Notes: generated by a model from the sequence alone, not told the origin. 64,000 bases of DNA from Myxococcota bacterium (GCA_965247115.1 CBDFGR010000002.1:384001-448000), one strand, 5' to 3'; shown: positions 1 to 12,095, counted from the stretch's first letter. Made by a program: numbers and translations.

Positions 1-328
1 GAGCTTCGCGAGCCCGGGAACTAGCGACGAGAAGGTCTTCTTCTGTGCTGGCCAGGTCCAGGGGGATACGGATGCGCCCCGAGGCGACGGCTCGGTCATG
101 GAGGAAGCGTCACAGCTCGTGCGCTACGAGCTCGGCCGCGCTATCGAGCTCTGTCGCGCGGGACGAATTCCGGATCTGAAAACCGAAGTGGCCCTGCTGC
201 GACTGGCGGATCACCTGGGCTACATCCCCCAGCTGGGTTGCTTCCGTCACGAGCTGCCGCCGAGCTTGCAGCAGCGCTACCGACGACTCGGGGTGGCCGC
301 GGCCGCCGTAGCGGCGGAAGCGCGTTGA
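1..328 (+). CDS. NUDIX-like hydrolase, C-terminal part (5' truncated by window edge)
   Basis: Frame open from base 2: SFASPGTSDEKVFF...GDGSVMEE...IPDLKTEVALLRL, resembling the SPG..E and D.KT motifs at the end of ADP-ribose pyrophosphatase-type Nudix proteins. Confidence 0.6.
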   Translation, partial: SFASPGTSDEKVFFCAGQVQGDTDAPRGDGSVMEEASQLVRYELGRAIELCRAGRIPDLKTEVALLRLADHLGYIPQLGCFRHELPPSLQQRYRRLGVAAAAVAAEAR

Positions 329-1299
329 GCGGACCTATCGTCGGCGTGATCGGAGCCCGGCGCACGCGTCAGGGACTCGGTCCCTTCGTCGCTCGCGAGC
401 TCCACGCCGCGGGGGCAGCGGTCGCATGTGTGGTGGGCACGCGCCCCGAGACCGCCCAGGCGGCGCGACGCCAGCTCCGGGACGAGCATCGTATCGACGT
501 CCGCAGCTACGCGGACGTCGATCACATGCTGAGTCGCGAGCGTCTCGATGCGGTCGCGATCCTCTCCCCCAGCGAGACACACGAGCGCTACCTGGAGCGC
601 GCGCTCTCCGCCGGACTGCACGTGCTCTGCGAGAAGCCCCTGGTGTGGGGTGTTGCCGACCTCGCGAAACGAGCGACGTCGCTCGTCGATCGCTTTGCAG
701 ATCGCGGCCTGCTCCTGTGGGAGAACTGCCAGTGGCCCTACACGCTGCCGGCGTTTCGGGAGCTGCACCCGCAGCTCCGACCGGACCCACCTGCGCGCTT
801 TTCGATGGAGCTGTCTCCGACCTCCAGCGGGAGCCGCATGCTCGGGGACAGCCTCCCCCACCCGCTCAGCATGCTCCAGGCGCTCCTCCCAGAGACCCCC
901 GGTGAGATCGTCTCCCCCCGTTTCGACGTGGGTCCCGAACGCACCCTGGTCGGGTTCGAGTACCGGGCAGGGAACAGCCACGTCGCGGTCGAGATCGCGC
1001 TCACGCGCACGGCTGAGTTCCCGCGTCCGGCCGCCTACGCCATCGACGGGAGCCGGGCGCGGCGCCGGGTCCGACTTCCGGACTACGAGCAGAGCTTCTC
1101 GGAGGGGGACCGGAGCGTGGCCATCCCGGACCCGCTGCGGGCTCTGATCCGAGCCTTCCTCGGAGAGCTCCAGGACTACCGCGGGGGCGCCCCGGCTCGT
1201 CGGAGCAGCTCGATCGCGGATCGCATGGCCCTGCTCCAGACGCTGGTCACGGCCTTCGAGACCGGCAGCTCGGAGGGCGAACCCCTTCCTGGCTGGTAA
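325..1299 (+). CDS. Gfo/Idh/MocA family NAD(P)-dependent oxidoreductase
   Basis: VGVIGA Rossmann start; DAVAILSPSETH and HVLCEKP motifs; TTG start overlaps the upstream TGA. Confidence 0.85.
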   Translation: MSGPIVGVIGARRTRQGLGPFVARELHAAGAAVACVVGTRPETAQAARRQLRDEHRIDVRSYADVDHMLSRERLDAVAILSPSETHERYLERALSAGLHVLCEKPLVWGVADLAKRATSLVDRFADRGLLLWENCQWPYTLPAFRELHPQLRPDPPARFSMELSPTSSGSRMLGDSLPHPLSMLQALLPETPGEIVSPRFDVGPERTLVGFEYRAGNSHVAVEIALTRTAEFPRPAAYAIDGSRARRRVRLPDYEQSFSEGDRSVAIPDPLRALIRAFLGELQDYRGGAPARRSSSIADRMALLQTLVTAFETGSSEGEPLPGW

Positions 1300-1380
1300 G
1301 ATCCCGGAATTGGTCTACGCTGATCCGTCGGGCGCGGGCGAGCGGGCGCGCAGGAGCCTCGCGACGGGCTCCATTGAGGG

Positions 1381-2604
1381 GTGATGGTGGCGCACGGGAT
1401 CCACGATTTCACGGCCAAGCTCAGACAACCGGCGCTGGTGCCTCACGTGGAGGCCTATGTGCGCTGGCGCCGGGCGGTGCTGGCGGCGCGCGAGCGGGGC
1501 GAGCCGGAGCCGAGCGCACCCGAGCTCGCGCCGATCTCCATCAACCTGGACCTCACGACCGCCTGCAACTACGCGTGTACGCATTGCATCGACTGGGACA
1601 TCCTGAACACGCGGCACAAGTACAAGGAGGCCGAGCTTCGCGACTCGATGAAGCTCATGGCGGACCGCGGCATGCGCTCCGTCATTCTGATCGGGGGTGG
1701 CGAGCCGACCCTCTACCCGCGGTTCGCCGAGTTCGTCGGCTTCCTGAAAGAACTCGGCCTGCAAGTCTCGATCGTCTCGAACGGCAGCCGCTGCGATCGG
1801 CTGGCCGACGCCGTGGTCCATCTCGACCAGCGCGACTGGATCCGGCTCTCGCTGGATTCGGGGAGCAACGAGCTGTTCGTGAAGATGCACAAGCCCGTGA
1901 ACAAGACGCTCGACCTCGATGCCATCTGCGAGGGTGCCGCTGACATCAAGCGCGCCAATCCATGCGTGCCCGTCGGCTTCTCGTACATCATCGTTTGGAG
2001 TGGCGCGTCTCGCGACGATGAGGAGATCTCTGAGAACATCCACGAGATCGTCCAGGCGACGGAGCGCGCGAAACGCTACGGCTTCGACTACATCTCGCTC
2101 AAGCCGATCCTCGAGCGCGAGGCAGACGGCGCGGAGGTGATGGACCCCGCGAAGGCCAGGACGCAGATCGCGTCCGTCGTGAAGCGGATTCGCCGCGAGG
2201 TCGACCGGGCCAAGGAGCTGGCCGACGACAGCTTCAGTGTCTACGAGAGCATCAACTTGCGCGTGCTCGAGCAGGGCAACTGGAAGGAGTTCACACGCCA
2301 GCCACGTACTTGCCATATGCAGGCCTTGCGCCAGGTGCTGACTCCTACCGGGCTCTACAACTGCCCCGCTCATCGCGGCGTGCCCAAAGCGAACCTCGCG
2401 GGACCCACGGCCTACAAGAGCGAGCGCGACGCCGCGGTCACAGGCGTGGGGCTCGCGAAGGTCCTCGATGACTTCGACGCCAGCCACGAGTGCCGGAACG
2501 TCACCTGCATCTACAACGGCGTGAACTGGTGGCTGGAGAAGCTCGTCGAAGATCCTCGAGAGTCCGTCGGGATCGGCGAGGATCGCGCAGACTTCTTCCT
2601 GTAG
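1381..2604 (+). CDS. Radical SAM protein with C-terminal SPASM/twitch-like cysteines
   Basis: CNYACTHC (CxxxCxxC), GGGEPTL, SNG motifs; later Cys in RTCH, YNCP, ECRNVTC. Confidence 0.9.
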   Translation: MMVAHGIHDFTAKLRQPALVPHVEAYVRWRRAVLAARERGEPEPSAPELAPISINLDLTTACNYACTHCIDWDILNTRHKYKEAELRDSMKLMADRGMRSVILIGGGEPTLYPRFAEFVGFLKELGLQVSIVSNGSRCDRLADAVVHLDQRDWIRLSLDSGSNELFVKMHKPVNKTLDLDAICEGAADIKRANPCVPVGFSYIIVWSGASRDDEEISENIHEIVQATERAKRYGFDYISLKPILEREADGAEVMDPAKARTQIASVVKRIRREVDRAKELADDSFSVYESINLRVLEQGNWKEFTRQPRTCHMQALRQVLTPTGLYNCPAHRGVPKANLAGPTAYKSERDAAVTGVGLAKVLDDFDASHECRNVTCIYNGVNWWLEKLVEDPRESVGIGEDRADFFL

Positions 2605-2624
2605 GGGCCGTCGGGTCGACAGCG

Positions 2625-3656
2625 GTGCCAAGCACACCCCGAAAGATCCTGGTGCGCGCGCCAAACTGGGTGGGCGACCTCGTGATGGCCTCTCCCGCGC
2701 TGCGCGCGCTACGCGCGGCACACCCCGCAGCAGAGCTGGTGCTCGAAGGTCTCCCCCACCATGCCCAGCTGGGATCCCACCTGCCTGGAGTGGACGCTTT
2801 CCTCGCGGACCGCCATCGCGGCGCAGGGGCGTGGCTGGCTCGCGCGCTACGTCTGCGGCAGGGCGGCTTCGACTGGGCCGTACTCCTGCCAGACTCCGTA
2901 CGGGCCGCGCTCGCTCCCTCTCTCGCACGCATTCCGGTGCGCGCCGGCTACGGCCGCGATCCTGCCCGCCGAGCTCTCCTCACGCTGTCCCTCGACCCTC
3001 CTCGGGACGCCGGCCAGCGCCTCCCGATCTCGATGATCGAGCGCTACCTGCGGATCACAAGAGCACTTGGCTGCGACGACTGCGGCGAAGCTCTCGAGCT
3101 GGCCGTGCCGGATCAGTCGCGCGACGAGCTGGATAACCGGCTGTGGGCGGCGGGCGTCGAGCAGAGCGAAGGTCTGCTCGTCGTGACCCCCGGGGCGAGC
3201 TTTGGCTCGAGCAAGCTCTGGCCCGGCCAGTACTTCGCGCAGGCCTGTGACGAGATCATCCGGCGCCACGGCCTGAGAGCGGTCCTGGCTCCCGGGCCCG
3301 GCGAAGAGCGCATCGCCCGCGAGATTGCGGCCGCGATGCAGAGCCGCCCGCTCGAGCTGTCCGATCCTCCGGCCTCGCTCGGCGAGCTCGTCGCCCTGAT
3401 CGACCGAGCGCAGCTGGTGCTCACAAACGACACGGGCCCCCGACACATTGCGGTGGCACGGAAGCGTCCGGTCGTGGTGCTGATGGGTCCGACCGATACG
3501 CGCCACACCCAGCATCTACTCGAGGGACAGCGGGTCCTGCGCGAAGCCGTGGAGTGCAGCCCTTGCCACAAGAAGACCTGTCCCATCGATCACCGTTGCA
3601 TGACCCGTCTGTTGCCGGCGCGCGTGGTCAACGCGGCCGAGGAGCTCCTCCTGTGA
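2625..3656 (+). CDS. waaF: Glycosyltransferase family 9, LPS heptosyltransferase II-like
   Basis: KILVRAPNWVGDLVM, PGASFGSSKLW, NDTGPRHIA, CSPCHKKTCP motifs; start taken at GTG 2625. Confidence 0.88.
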   Translation: MPSTPRKILVRAPNWVGDLVMASPALRALRAAHPAAELVLEGLPHHAQLGSHLPGVDAFLADRHRGAGAWLARALRLRQGGFDWAVLLPDSVRAALAPSLARIPVRAGYGRDPARRALLTLSLDPPRDAGQRLPISMIERYLRITRALGCDDCGEALELAVPDQSRDELDNRLWAAGVEQSEGLLVVTPGASFGSSKLWPGQYFAQACDEIIRRHGLRAVLAPGPGEERIAREIAAAMQSRPLELSDPPASLGELVALIDRAQLVLTNDTGPRHIAVARKRPVVVLMGPTDTRHTQHLLEGQRVLREAVECSPCHKKTCPIDHRCMTRLLPARVVNAAEELLL

Positions 3657-4135
3657 GTGGCAGGATCGTCGCGGACTACCGGGACCTGGCGGAGATCCTG
3701 GCCGCCGAGCGCGCGAAGGGCCGCAGTGTGGCGCTGACGAACGGCTGCTTCGACCTGCTTCATGTCGGTCACACGAGACTCATTGCCGACGCGCGTCAGC
3801 TCGCGGACGTGCTGGTTGTCGCCCTCAATAGCGATGCGAGCGTGCGCCGCCACAAGGGCGAAGGTCGGCCCTACGTCCCCCTCGACGAGCGGATGGAGGT
3901 AATGGCCGCGCTGGACGCCGTCGATCTCGTGACCAGCTTTTCTGAGTCCACGGCGGCGGCCCTCCTCGGCGCGCTGCGGCCTGAGGTACACGTGAAAGGG
4001 TCGGACTGGACCCCGGACACGGTACCCGAGCGCGACGTCGTGCTCGGCTACGGCGGCCGTATCGCCATCTGTGGTGACCCCAAGGAGCATGCCTCGAGCG
4101 AGCTGATCCGACGGCTCGAGGGCTCGGACTCCTGA
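3653..4135 (+). CDS. rfaE2: D-glycero-beta-D-manno-heptose 1-phosphate adenylyltransferase (RfaE domain II/HldC-like)
   Basis: TNGCFDLLHVGH (HxGH), NSDASVR, KGSDW; coupled to the GT9 gene. Confidence 0.88.
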   Translation: MSGRIVADYRDLAEILAAERAKGRSVALTNGCFDLLHVGHTRLIADARQLADVLVVALNSDASVRRHKGEGRPYVPLDERMEVMAALDAVDLVTSFSESTAAALLGALRPEVHVKGSDWTPDTVPERDVVLGYGGRIAICGDPKEHASSELIRRLEGSDS

Positions 4136-4141
4136 TGAGGA

Positions 4142-4447
4142 CTACGACGTGGTCTTGATCCTGACCCAGAGATAGTAGGAGCTCCCGAGCGAGCCCTTGC
4201 GCCCCTCCTCCAGCTCGAAATCGGGCGCCGACGGACCGCTCGCCAGGATCTCCTGGAACTGTGCGACCTTCTTCGGCAGGTCCGCCTGGTTGGGACTGTG
4301 GAAGATCACGTCGACCTGCGGCTTGCACGCAAGCACGTTCAGGATCAGCGTGGCCAGCGTGAACAGCTTGTGCGGACCCTCGATGCTCTCCACAGAGAAG
4401 GAGGGAGTCGCTACGGTTTCCAGGCCAAAGTTGTACTCGATGCGCAT
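4142..4447 (-). CDS. Hypothetical protein, 101 aa
   Basis: ATG with strong RBS (AAGGAG); fills the gap after oppF; ordinary protein composition. Confidence 0.75.
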   Translation of the reverse strand: MRIEYNFGLETVATPSFSVESIEGPHKLFTLATLILNVLACKPQVDVIFHSPNQADLPKKVAQFQEILASGPSAPDFELEEGRKGSLGSSYYLWVRIKTTS

Positions 4448-4460
4448 GGCTCCTTGCTCC

Positions 4461-5425
<965 letters not shown>

Positions 5426-5429
<4 letters not shown>

Positions 5430-6415
5430 GCGCCTGCGTCTTTCGGCTCGGGGTTGTGGCAGGCAACCGCTTGACCACGCGCGACCATGCCGAGCTGAGG
5501 GTCGCTCCTCGTGCAGAGCGAGATCGCCCGCTCGCAGCGATCGCGGAACGAGCACCCCGACGGTCGGTCGACCAGGTCCGGGACCACGCCAGGAATCACA
5601 TGAAGCGGCTGCCGCGGCTTGCTCGTGGGTCCGGGCATTGCGCGCAGAAGGCCTCGCGTGTAGGGGTGCCTCGGAGCGCGGAATATCTCCGTGACGCTCC
5701 CGGTCTCGACCACGCGTCCGGCGTACAGGACGGCGACGCGCTGGGCGACCTCGGCAACGACACCGAGGTCGTGGGTGATCAGCATCACGGCCATGTTGAA
5801 GCGTTGCTTGAGCGTTTCGAGCAAGTCGAGGATCTGGGCCTGGATCGTGACGTCGAGCGCGGTGGTGGGCTCGTCGGCGATCAGCACGTCGGGATCGCAG
5901 GCCAGGGCCATGGCGATCATGACCCGCTGGCGCAGACCGCCCGACAGCTGGTGTGGGTAGTCGCGCAGCCGCGCCTGGGGCGCCGGGATTCCGACCAGCT
6001 CGAGCAGCTCGATGACCCGGCTGCGCCGCTCGCCGCGCTCCAGATCTGTATGGACCTCGAGCACCTCTTCGATCTGATCTCCCACTCGGAACACAGGGTT
6101 GAGGGACGTCATCGGCTCCTGGAAGATCATCGCGATGCGACGCCCGCGGATCTGGCGCAGCTCCTCTGGGCTCGAGCGCACGAGATCCCGCCCGTCGAAG
6201 AGGATCTCGCCCGCGTCGATGCTCCCCGGGGGCTCGGGAATCAGCCGGAGGATCGAGAGAGCAGTGACGGTCTTCCCGCAGCCCGACTCACCGACGACGC
6301 CGAGAGTCTCTCCCATGTGCAGATCGAGATCGACGTCGTCGACGGCAGGCAGCATTCCGTGCGCGGTCCGAAAGCTGGTTCGCAGCCCGCGCACGCTGAG
6401 CACGGGCTGGCTCAA
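5426..6415 (-). CDS. Dipeptide/oligopeptide ABC transporter ATP-binding protein (OppD/DppD-like)
   Basis: [42 protein letters not shown]. Confidence 0.95.
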
Positions 6416-7158
6416 CGCTCCAGACTCTCGGGGGCGCGGAACAGCCCGCGGTCGAGCTCGGCGTTGAGCTCAACGGTCTTGAAGCGCAGGTCTGCATGGA
6501 GCTTGATGCGCGGGAAGCGGAGCACCATGCGATCCGGGAAGCGTCCGCCTGGTACGCTCTTCCAGCCCCGGTACTCCACGCTCCAGCGCACGTTGCCTCT
6601 GGCATCCAACGACGTGTAGAGCAGCAGGTCCCCGTCTGGACCGATGCGTAGTCGCGCGGAGTCGGTCCAGACCTCACGCTCGAGGTCCCGCGCGAACACC
6701 GCCTGCGGGGTGCCGCGCAGCGTGGTGGGCGCGCCGAGCAAGGCATCGACCGCCTCTGCGACGCCCAGGTCGAGACCGAGCGTATCGAGCAGCAAGAACG
6801 GCGAGACCTCGCCCGCCGCGAGCTCCACACCGTCGTAGTAGGTGTAGCGCTCGCCATCGGTGACGAGGAGCGTCTGCGTCTGCCCGAGCAGGTTCTGGCT
6901 CTCGAGCCGCAGCCAAGCCGGCCGCTCCGCAAGGATGATCTGGCGCACACGCCCGGATGTCGACCGAGACTCGAGCTTCATGCTGCCATCGGCGCGGACG
7001 CTGCGCCGCGCCTCCCCGAGCGCGTGGACGCGGCGCAGGCGCTCAGCGATCTGGTCGCGCTCGAAGTCCACGCGCGTGAAGTCCTCGCGCGGCGCGAGCG
7101 TAGCGCACGCGCCGAACTGCAGGCTGAGCAAGAGGGCTGCCGTTGCAGCCCGACTCAA
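6412..7158 (-). CDS. LolB-like / DUF4292-like outer-membrane lipoprotein
   Basis: TTG start overlapping the TPR gene stop; signal peptide with lipobox FGAC; beta-rich LRLE..NLLGQ pattern. Confidence 0.6.
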   Translation of the reverse strand: MSRAATAALLLSLQFGACATLAPREDFTRVDFERDQIAERLRRVHALGEARRSVRADGSMKLESRSTSGRVRQIILAERPAWLRLESQNLLGQTQTLLVTDGERYTYYDGVELAAGEVSPFLLLDTLGLDLGVAEAVDALLGAPTTLRGTPQAVFARDLEREVWTDSARLRIGPDGDLLLYTSLDARGNVRWSVEYRGWKSVPGGRFPDRMVLRFPRIKLHADLRFKTVELNAELDRGLFRAPESLER

Positions 7159-8966
7159 TTCGCTGCCTCGGGGACTCCTTGCAGTTCCAACTCGAGCAGC
7201 TCGATCTCGCCGCGGATCTTCTTGGCATCCGACTCCTGGGGTCCCAGCTCGAGCGCTCTTTGGTAGGCGGAAATGGCCTCGTCGAAGCGCGAGACGGAAC
7301 GGTAGGCGTCTCCGAGGTGCCATGTGATCACCGGATCGTCACGCTCGAGCAGCTCGAGTGCGAGCTCGAGCTGCTCGATGGCCTCGACGAACGAGCGTCG
7401 CGCCTCATCCGCCCTGCCCTCGGCCAGAAGCTTGAGGCCGCGCTGGTAGTGGACCCAGCCGAGGCTGTCGGTGATGTAGCCGTCGTCCGGCCGCAGCTCG
7501 ATCGCCCGCCGAATCAGCTGCTCGGCCTCGTCGAGACGCTCTCCCTGATCCGCCCAGGTGTAGCCCACGAAGTTCAGCGCGCTCGAGTGATTGCTCTCGA
7601 GCTCGAGCACCTGGTTCATCAGCTCCAGCGCCCGGTCGTCACGACCCGACTCGCTGTAGATGACACCCAGATCGTAGTAGAGGTCGGGATCGTCGGGGCG
7701 CGAGGCGATCAGTGACTCCATCGCGCTGATCGACTCGTCGTAGTGTCCGCTGCGTCCGAGCACGCCGGCCATGTAGACGGAGAGCGCGGTATTGTCGGGA
7801 TCCGCTGCGATGGCGCGGCGGATGTCCGCAAGCGCCTCGTCGTTCTCTCCCAGACCCTCGTTGATGCGCGCCATCAGGGCCCGGGCGTCGGCAAAGCGGT
7901 CCGAGCTCGGCGCGACGACCTCGAGGACCTCGAGCGCCGCGCCGTCGTCGTGGGCCTCATGATGGATCAGGCCGAGGAAGTAGCGCACCTCGTCGACGTA
8001 GCGCTGGCCTTCTCCCGTAGCACCGTTCGCACTCACCAGCTCGAAGCTCATGATGGCGTCGTCGAGCCGCCCCGCCTGGTAGTACAGGAAACCGAGACGG
8101 AACTGTGCTCCGAGGTAGCTCGGGTGGTACCCCACGAGCTGCTCGAGCGTCTCGATGGCGAGATCTCGGTCGCCGGCTTCCTCCTGGATCTGCGCCATTC
8201 GTGTCAGCGCAGCCGGGTCCCCTGGCACCAGATCGAGCTTGCGGCGCCACACCGCGAGCTCGCCGGGCTCGTCGTCGGCCGCGCGGCGGGTGCGTGCGAT
8301 CGCGTCGTAGAGTCCGCTCTGCTCGGAGTCCACCTCGAGCCCGCGCAGATACACCTCCTCGGCTCGTTCGAACTGCTGGTAGCGCTCGAGGGCGGCGCCG
8401 AGCGCGAAGTACCCGCGCAGATCATCCGGGTCCGCGGCGATCATCTCCTCGCCGACACGCATTGCCGACGGAAGCCGGCCGAGACGCAGATAGAGATCGA
8501 ACAGCGTGAAGAGACCCGCCGTCTCCAGCTCACCCGCCAGGTAGGGCGGCTCGAGCAGGGCGACGGCATCCTCCCAACGTCGCAGGTTCGCGTAGAGGGA
8601 GGCGAGGTTCGCGCGCAGGTTATCGTTTTCGGGATCGAGCTCAAAGGCGCGCTCGGCGTAGCCCACGGCTCGCTCGGGCTGACCCACGCGCACCCAGACC
8701 CCGGCCAGGTGGCCTTGCAGGCGCGACGAGTCGGGGTCGAAGCGCGCCGCCTCCTCGTAGGCCTCGGCCGCCTCGAGCAGGCGCCCGTCGAGCTCCAGTT
8801 GACGGGCGCGCAGGAACGCCGTCGAGGCCGCAACCTCCGTCGGGTACTCGATTGCGGCTGCTGGCGGGGCCTCGGGCTCAGGCGGCGGCGCGGGGGTCGC
8901 GCAGGCGGCCAGCCAGCTGGCCCCCAGGAGAGCACACAACGGAGCTCGGATGCGCGAACAAGCCAT
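7155..8966 (-). CDS. Tetratricopeptide-repeat lipoprotein
   Basis: Lipobox LAAC; many TPR repeats; ALNFVGYTWAD and GYITDSLGWV motifs. Confidence 0.9.
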   Translation of the reverse strand: MACSRIRAPLCALLGASWLAACATPAPPPEPEAPPAAAIEYPTEVAASTAFLRARQLELDGRLLEAAEAYEEAARFDPDSSRLQGHLAGVWVRVGQPERAVGYAERAFELDPENDNLRANLASLYANLRRWEDAVALLEPPYLAGELETAGLFTLFDLYLRLGRLPSAMRVGEEMIAADPDDLRGYFALGAALERYQQFERAEEVYLRGLEVDSEQSGLYDAIARTRRAADDEPGELAVWRRKLDLVPGDPAALTRMAQIQEEAGDRDLAIETLEQLVGYHPSYLGAQFRLGFLYYQAGRLDDAIMSFELVSANGATGEGQRYVDEVRYFLGLIHHEAHDDGAALEVLEVVAPSSDRFADARALMARINEGLGENDEALADIRRAIAADPDNTALSVYMAGVLGRSGHYDESISAMESLIASRPDDPDLYYDLGVIYSESGRDDRALELMNQVLELESNHSSALNFVGYTWADQGERLDEAEQLIRRAIELRPDDGYITDSLGWVHYQRGLKLLAEGRADEARRSFVEAIEQLELALELLERDDPVITWHLGDAYRSVSRFDEAISAYQRALELGPQESDAKKIRGEIELLELELQGVPEAAN

Positions 8967-9134
8967 GCTGCGGGATCCAACCGGGGCGGGCATTACAGAG
9001 AAACCCAAGTAAGTTCGGCATCCTAGCAATGGTCGTAGGGGGCGGCAATCCGGCGCACCCGGGGCTGGCAGCGGTAGCCTCAGGCTGCGTTCAAGCGTAC
9101 GCATGGCCACTGCCGGCGGCGCAGACCCTTCCTG

Positions 9135-9740
9135 TCAACGCGTGACGCCTGAACGACGGAGGTGCGTCCGGACTTGCTCGACGCACGTCTCGAGATCCAC
9201 CTCCGCTGTCCGGAGCACGATGTCGGGACGCTCCGGCCGCTCGTAGGGGGCACTGATGCCAGTGAAGTCGGGAAGCTCGCCGGCCCGGGCCTTCGCGTAG
9301 AGCCCCTTCACGTCGCGGCGCTCGCACTCCTCGAGCGGGCAGTCGACGAGCACCTCGATGAAGCTACGGGGTGCCAGCATCTCCCTCACCCGCTCGCGGT
9401 CCTTCCTGTAGGGGGAGATGAAGGCAGTCAACACGATCACTCCCGCCTCGTTGAACAGGCTCGAGAGCTCGCCGCAACGGCGGATGTTCTCGCTCCGATC
9501 AGCGGCGGCAAAGCCGAGGTCGGAGTTCAGACCCGAGCGAAGATTGTCCCCGTCGAGTACGTAGGCACAGACGCCTTGCTCGATGAGCGCCTTCTCGACT
9601 GCCCGCGCGCAGGTCGACTTGCCGGAGCCCGAGAGCCCCGTGAACCAGACCGTCGCCGCAGCGTGGCCCAGCAGACGGACGCGATCCTCGCGCGACACCT
9701 GGCTTTGGCTTGGCGCGACGCTCTCCGGCTCGCGACTCAT
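9135..9740 (-). CDS. cysC: Adenylyl-sulfate kinase
   Basis: [40 protein letters not shown]. Confidence 0.96.
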   Translation of the reverse strand: MSREPESVAPSQSQVSREDRVRLLGHAAATVWFTGLSGSGKSTCARAVEKALIEQGVCAYVLDGDNLRSGLNSDLGFAAADRSENIRRCGELSSLFNEAGVIVLTAFISPYRKDRERVREMLAPRSFIEVLVDCPLEECERRDVKGLYAKARAGELPDFTGISAPYERPERPDIVLRTAEVDLETCVEQVRTHLRRSGVTR

Positions 9741-10924
9741 CTGTCCCGCTTCACCTGTTGCCAGACCGGCGAGAGTGCGCGCAAGCGCCGCGTCTGCTCG
9801 ATCAACAGCTCCGCCGCAATGTCGACCTCCTCTTGCGTGGTCGAACGCCCGAGCCCGAAGCGCAGCGAGCTGAGCGCCCGCTCCTCGTCGAGCCCAAGCG
9901 CGCGTAGCACGTGAGATGGCTCCCGGGTCGCCGAGGTGCAGGCGGATCCCGAGGACACTGCCAGGTCGGGGAGCGCCACCAGCAGCGCCTCGCCCTCCAC
10001 GCCAAGAAAGCTCACGTTCAAGCTCCCCGGAAGGCGGCGCACCGCATCGCCATTCAGCTCCAGCGCCCCGAGCTCGGTCGACAGCCGCTTCCACAGGCTC
10101 TCGGTAAGGCGGGCCAGTCGGCGCGCCTCATCCTCGCGCAGCTCACACACGAGCTCGCAAGCCCGGCCGAAGCCGACGCAGAGGGGGACCGGCAGGGTCC
10201 CGCTGCGCAGGCCCCGTTCGTGACCGCCGCCGTGCAGGATCGGCTCGAGTCGCAGGCGTGCACCCCGTCGCACCCAGAGAGCGCCGACCCCCTTTGGTCC
10301 GTACAGCTTGTGGGCCGAGAGGGACAGCACGTCGACGCCGAGCTCGCGAACGTTGAGCGGGAGCTTCCCGCCGGATTGCGCCGCATCGCTGTGGAGCGGG
10401 ACTCCGCGCGCAGACGCGATGGCGGCGATCTCTTCGAGCGGCTGAATGACGCCGATCTCGTTGTTCGCGTGCATCACGGACAGCAGCACCGCCTCGTCGT
10501 CGAGAGATCCCGTGAGCCGTTCGAGGTCGACGAGCCCGCCCCGATCGACCGGCAGATAGGTGACCCGAAAGCCCTCCTTCTCGAGCGCGCGACAGGGATC
10601 GAGCACCGCGCGATGCTCGGTCTGGACCGTCACGACGTGCCGGCCGTGCTCCCGCCGCGCACGCGCGATCCCGAGGATCGCGAGGTTGTTCGACTCGGTC
10701 GCGCCCGAGGTGAACACGAGCTCGCGGGGGTCGGCGCCAATCAGGTCCGCGAGCTGCTGCCGAGACGCCTCGACGGCCTCGTCGGCCTTCCAGCCGAACG
10801 CGTGCGTCTTGCTCGCAGCGTTCCCGAACTCGTCGGTCCACCAGGGCGCCATGGCCTCGACAACGCGCGGATCACAGGGCGTGGTCGCGTGGTGATCCAG
10901 ATAGATCGGAAAGCGAACGGACAT
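9737..10924 (-). CDS. iscS: Cysteine desulfurase (IscS/NifS family)
   Basis: [38 protein letters not shown]. Confidence 0.95.
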   Translation of the reverse strand: MSVRFPIYLDHHATTPCDPRVVEAMAPWWTDEFGNAASKTHAFGWKADEAVEASRQQLADLIGADPRELVFTSGATESNNLAILGIARARREHGRHVVTVQTEHRAVLDPCRALEKEGFRVTYLPVDRGGLVDLERLTGSLDDEAVLLSVMHANNEIGVIQPLEEIAAIASARGVPLHSDAAQSGGKLPLNVRELGVDVLSLSAHKLYGPKGVGALWVRRGARLRLEPILHGGGHERGLRSGTLPVPLCVGFGRACELVCELREDEARRLARLTESLWKRLSTELGALELNGDAVRRLPGSLNVSFLGVEGEALLVALPDLAVSSGSACTSATREPSHVLRALGLDEERALSSLRFGLGRSTTQEEVDIAAELLIEQTRRLRALSPVWQQVKRDR

Positions 10925-10932
10925 CGCGGCGC

Positions 10933-11262
10933 CTACGCGCCGAAGCTCTCCCCGCAGCCGCAGGTGGAGCTGGCGTTCGGGTTCTCGATCTTGAAGCCGC
11001 TCCCGTTCAGGTCGTCGACGTAGTCGACGCTAGCGCCTGCAAGGTAGACCGCACTCTTCGAGTCCACGAAAACGGGGACTCCGAACTGCTTGGACTCCTG
11101 GTCCCAATCCGTTGGGACGTTGTCGAACATGAGCTGGTACTGGAGCCCTGCACAGCCACCGCCCACGACTTTGACACGCAGGCCAAAGCCGTCGCGCCCA
11201 TCGCGGTGAATGAGCTGCTTGACCTTGCTCGCGGCTGCCTCGGTAAGGCTGATGACGGACAT
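10933..11262 (-). CDS. A-type Fe-S carrier (HesB/IscA/ErpA)
   Basis: GGGCAG and CGCGESF motifs. Confidence 0.95.
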   Translation of the reverse strand: MSVISLTEAAASKVKQLIHRDGRDGFGLRVKVVGGGCAGLQYQLMFDNVPTDWDQESKQFGVPVFVDSKSAVYLAGASVDYVDDLNGSGFKIENPNASSTCGCGESFGA

Positions 11263-11327
11263 GCACTGCCTCCGTGCGGGGCCCCTAGTCTACGGGGATT
11301 CCAGCGCCTCGCAAGCGTCCACATCGC

Positions 11328-12095
11328 TCATCGGGCACTCCCCGCGAGATCTGTAGAGTCGGGCTGCCGGAGTAGCACGAAGCGCTCGCGGTTGCCCTTG
11401 GGACCGGCCAGAACGCTCTCTGCCTCGGCGAGGCAGCGGAGGCCCATATCCTCGGCGACCTCGCGAACGCGGCGGCTTGCCAGCAGACGCTTGGCCGCAT
11501 CTCGGACCACGCCCCCTCGACCCACAAGGGAGCGCTCGAGCTCGAACTGCGGCTTCACGAGGACGAGCAGGCGGCCCCCCGTGCTCGTGAGCGCGGCGAG
11601 CTGCGGCAATACCCTGCGAAGAGAGATGAAGGAGAGATCCGCAGTCACGAGGTCGAAGCGGGGCTCGGCCGGATCGAGCTCGAACGTGCGAACGTTCGTG
11701 CGCTCGCACACGAGTACGCGTGGGTCCTCGCGCAGGCTGAGCGCCAGCTGCCCGTACCCCACGTCGAGTGCGAACACGGACGCGGCGCCGTGCTGAAGCA
11801 GGCAGTCTGTGAAGCCGCCGGTCGACGCACCAATGTCGGCACAGCGGAGCCCGGTCGGATCGAGCGCAAACGCAGCAAGCGCGCCTGCGAGCTTCTCGCC
11901 GCCGCGCGAGACATACGGGCTGCGCGCTCGCAGCGTGAGTACGGAGTCGGCGGGCACGACGCTGCCCGGCTTGTCCAGGATCCGATCTCCCAGGCGCACA
12001 TCGCCGGCCCGGATGCGCGCCTGGGCGCGGCTCCGCGTCTCTTCGAGACCCAGCTCGACGACGCGCGTGTCCACCCGGACGCGTTCGCCCGTCAC
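11328..12095 (-). CDS. tlyA: TlyA family rRNA methyltransferase
   Basis: S4 domain, YVSRGGEKL, DIGASTGGFTD, VKPQFE, GPKGNRE. Confidence 0.95.
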   Translation of the reverse strand: MTGERVRVDTRVVELGLEETRSRAQARIRAGDVRLGDRILDKPGSVVPADSVLTLRARSPYVSRGGEKLAGALAAFALDPTGLRCADIGASTGGFTDCLLQHGAASVFALDVGYGQLALSLREDPRVLVCERTNVRTFELDPAEPRFDLVTADLSFISLRRVLPQLAALTSTGGRLLVLVKPQFELERSLVGRGGVVRDAAKRLLASRRVREVAEDMGLRCLAEAESVLAGPKGNRERFVLLRQPDSTDLAGSAR

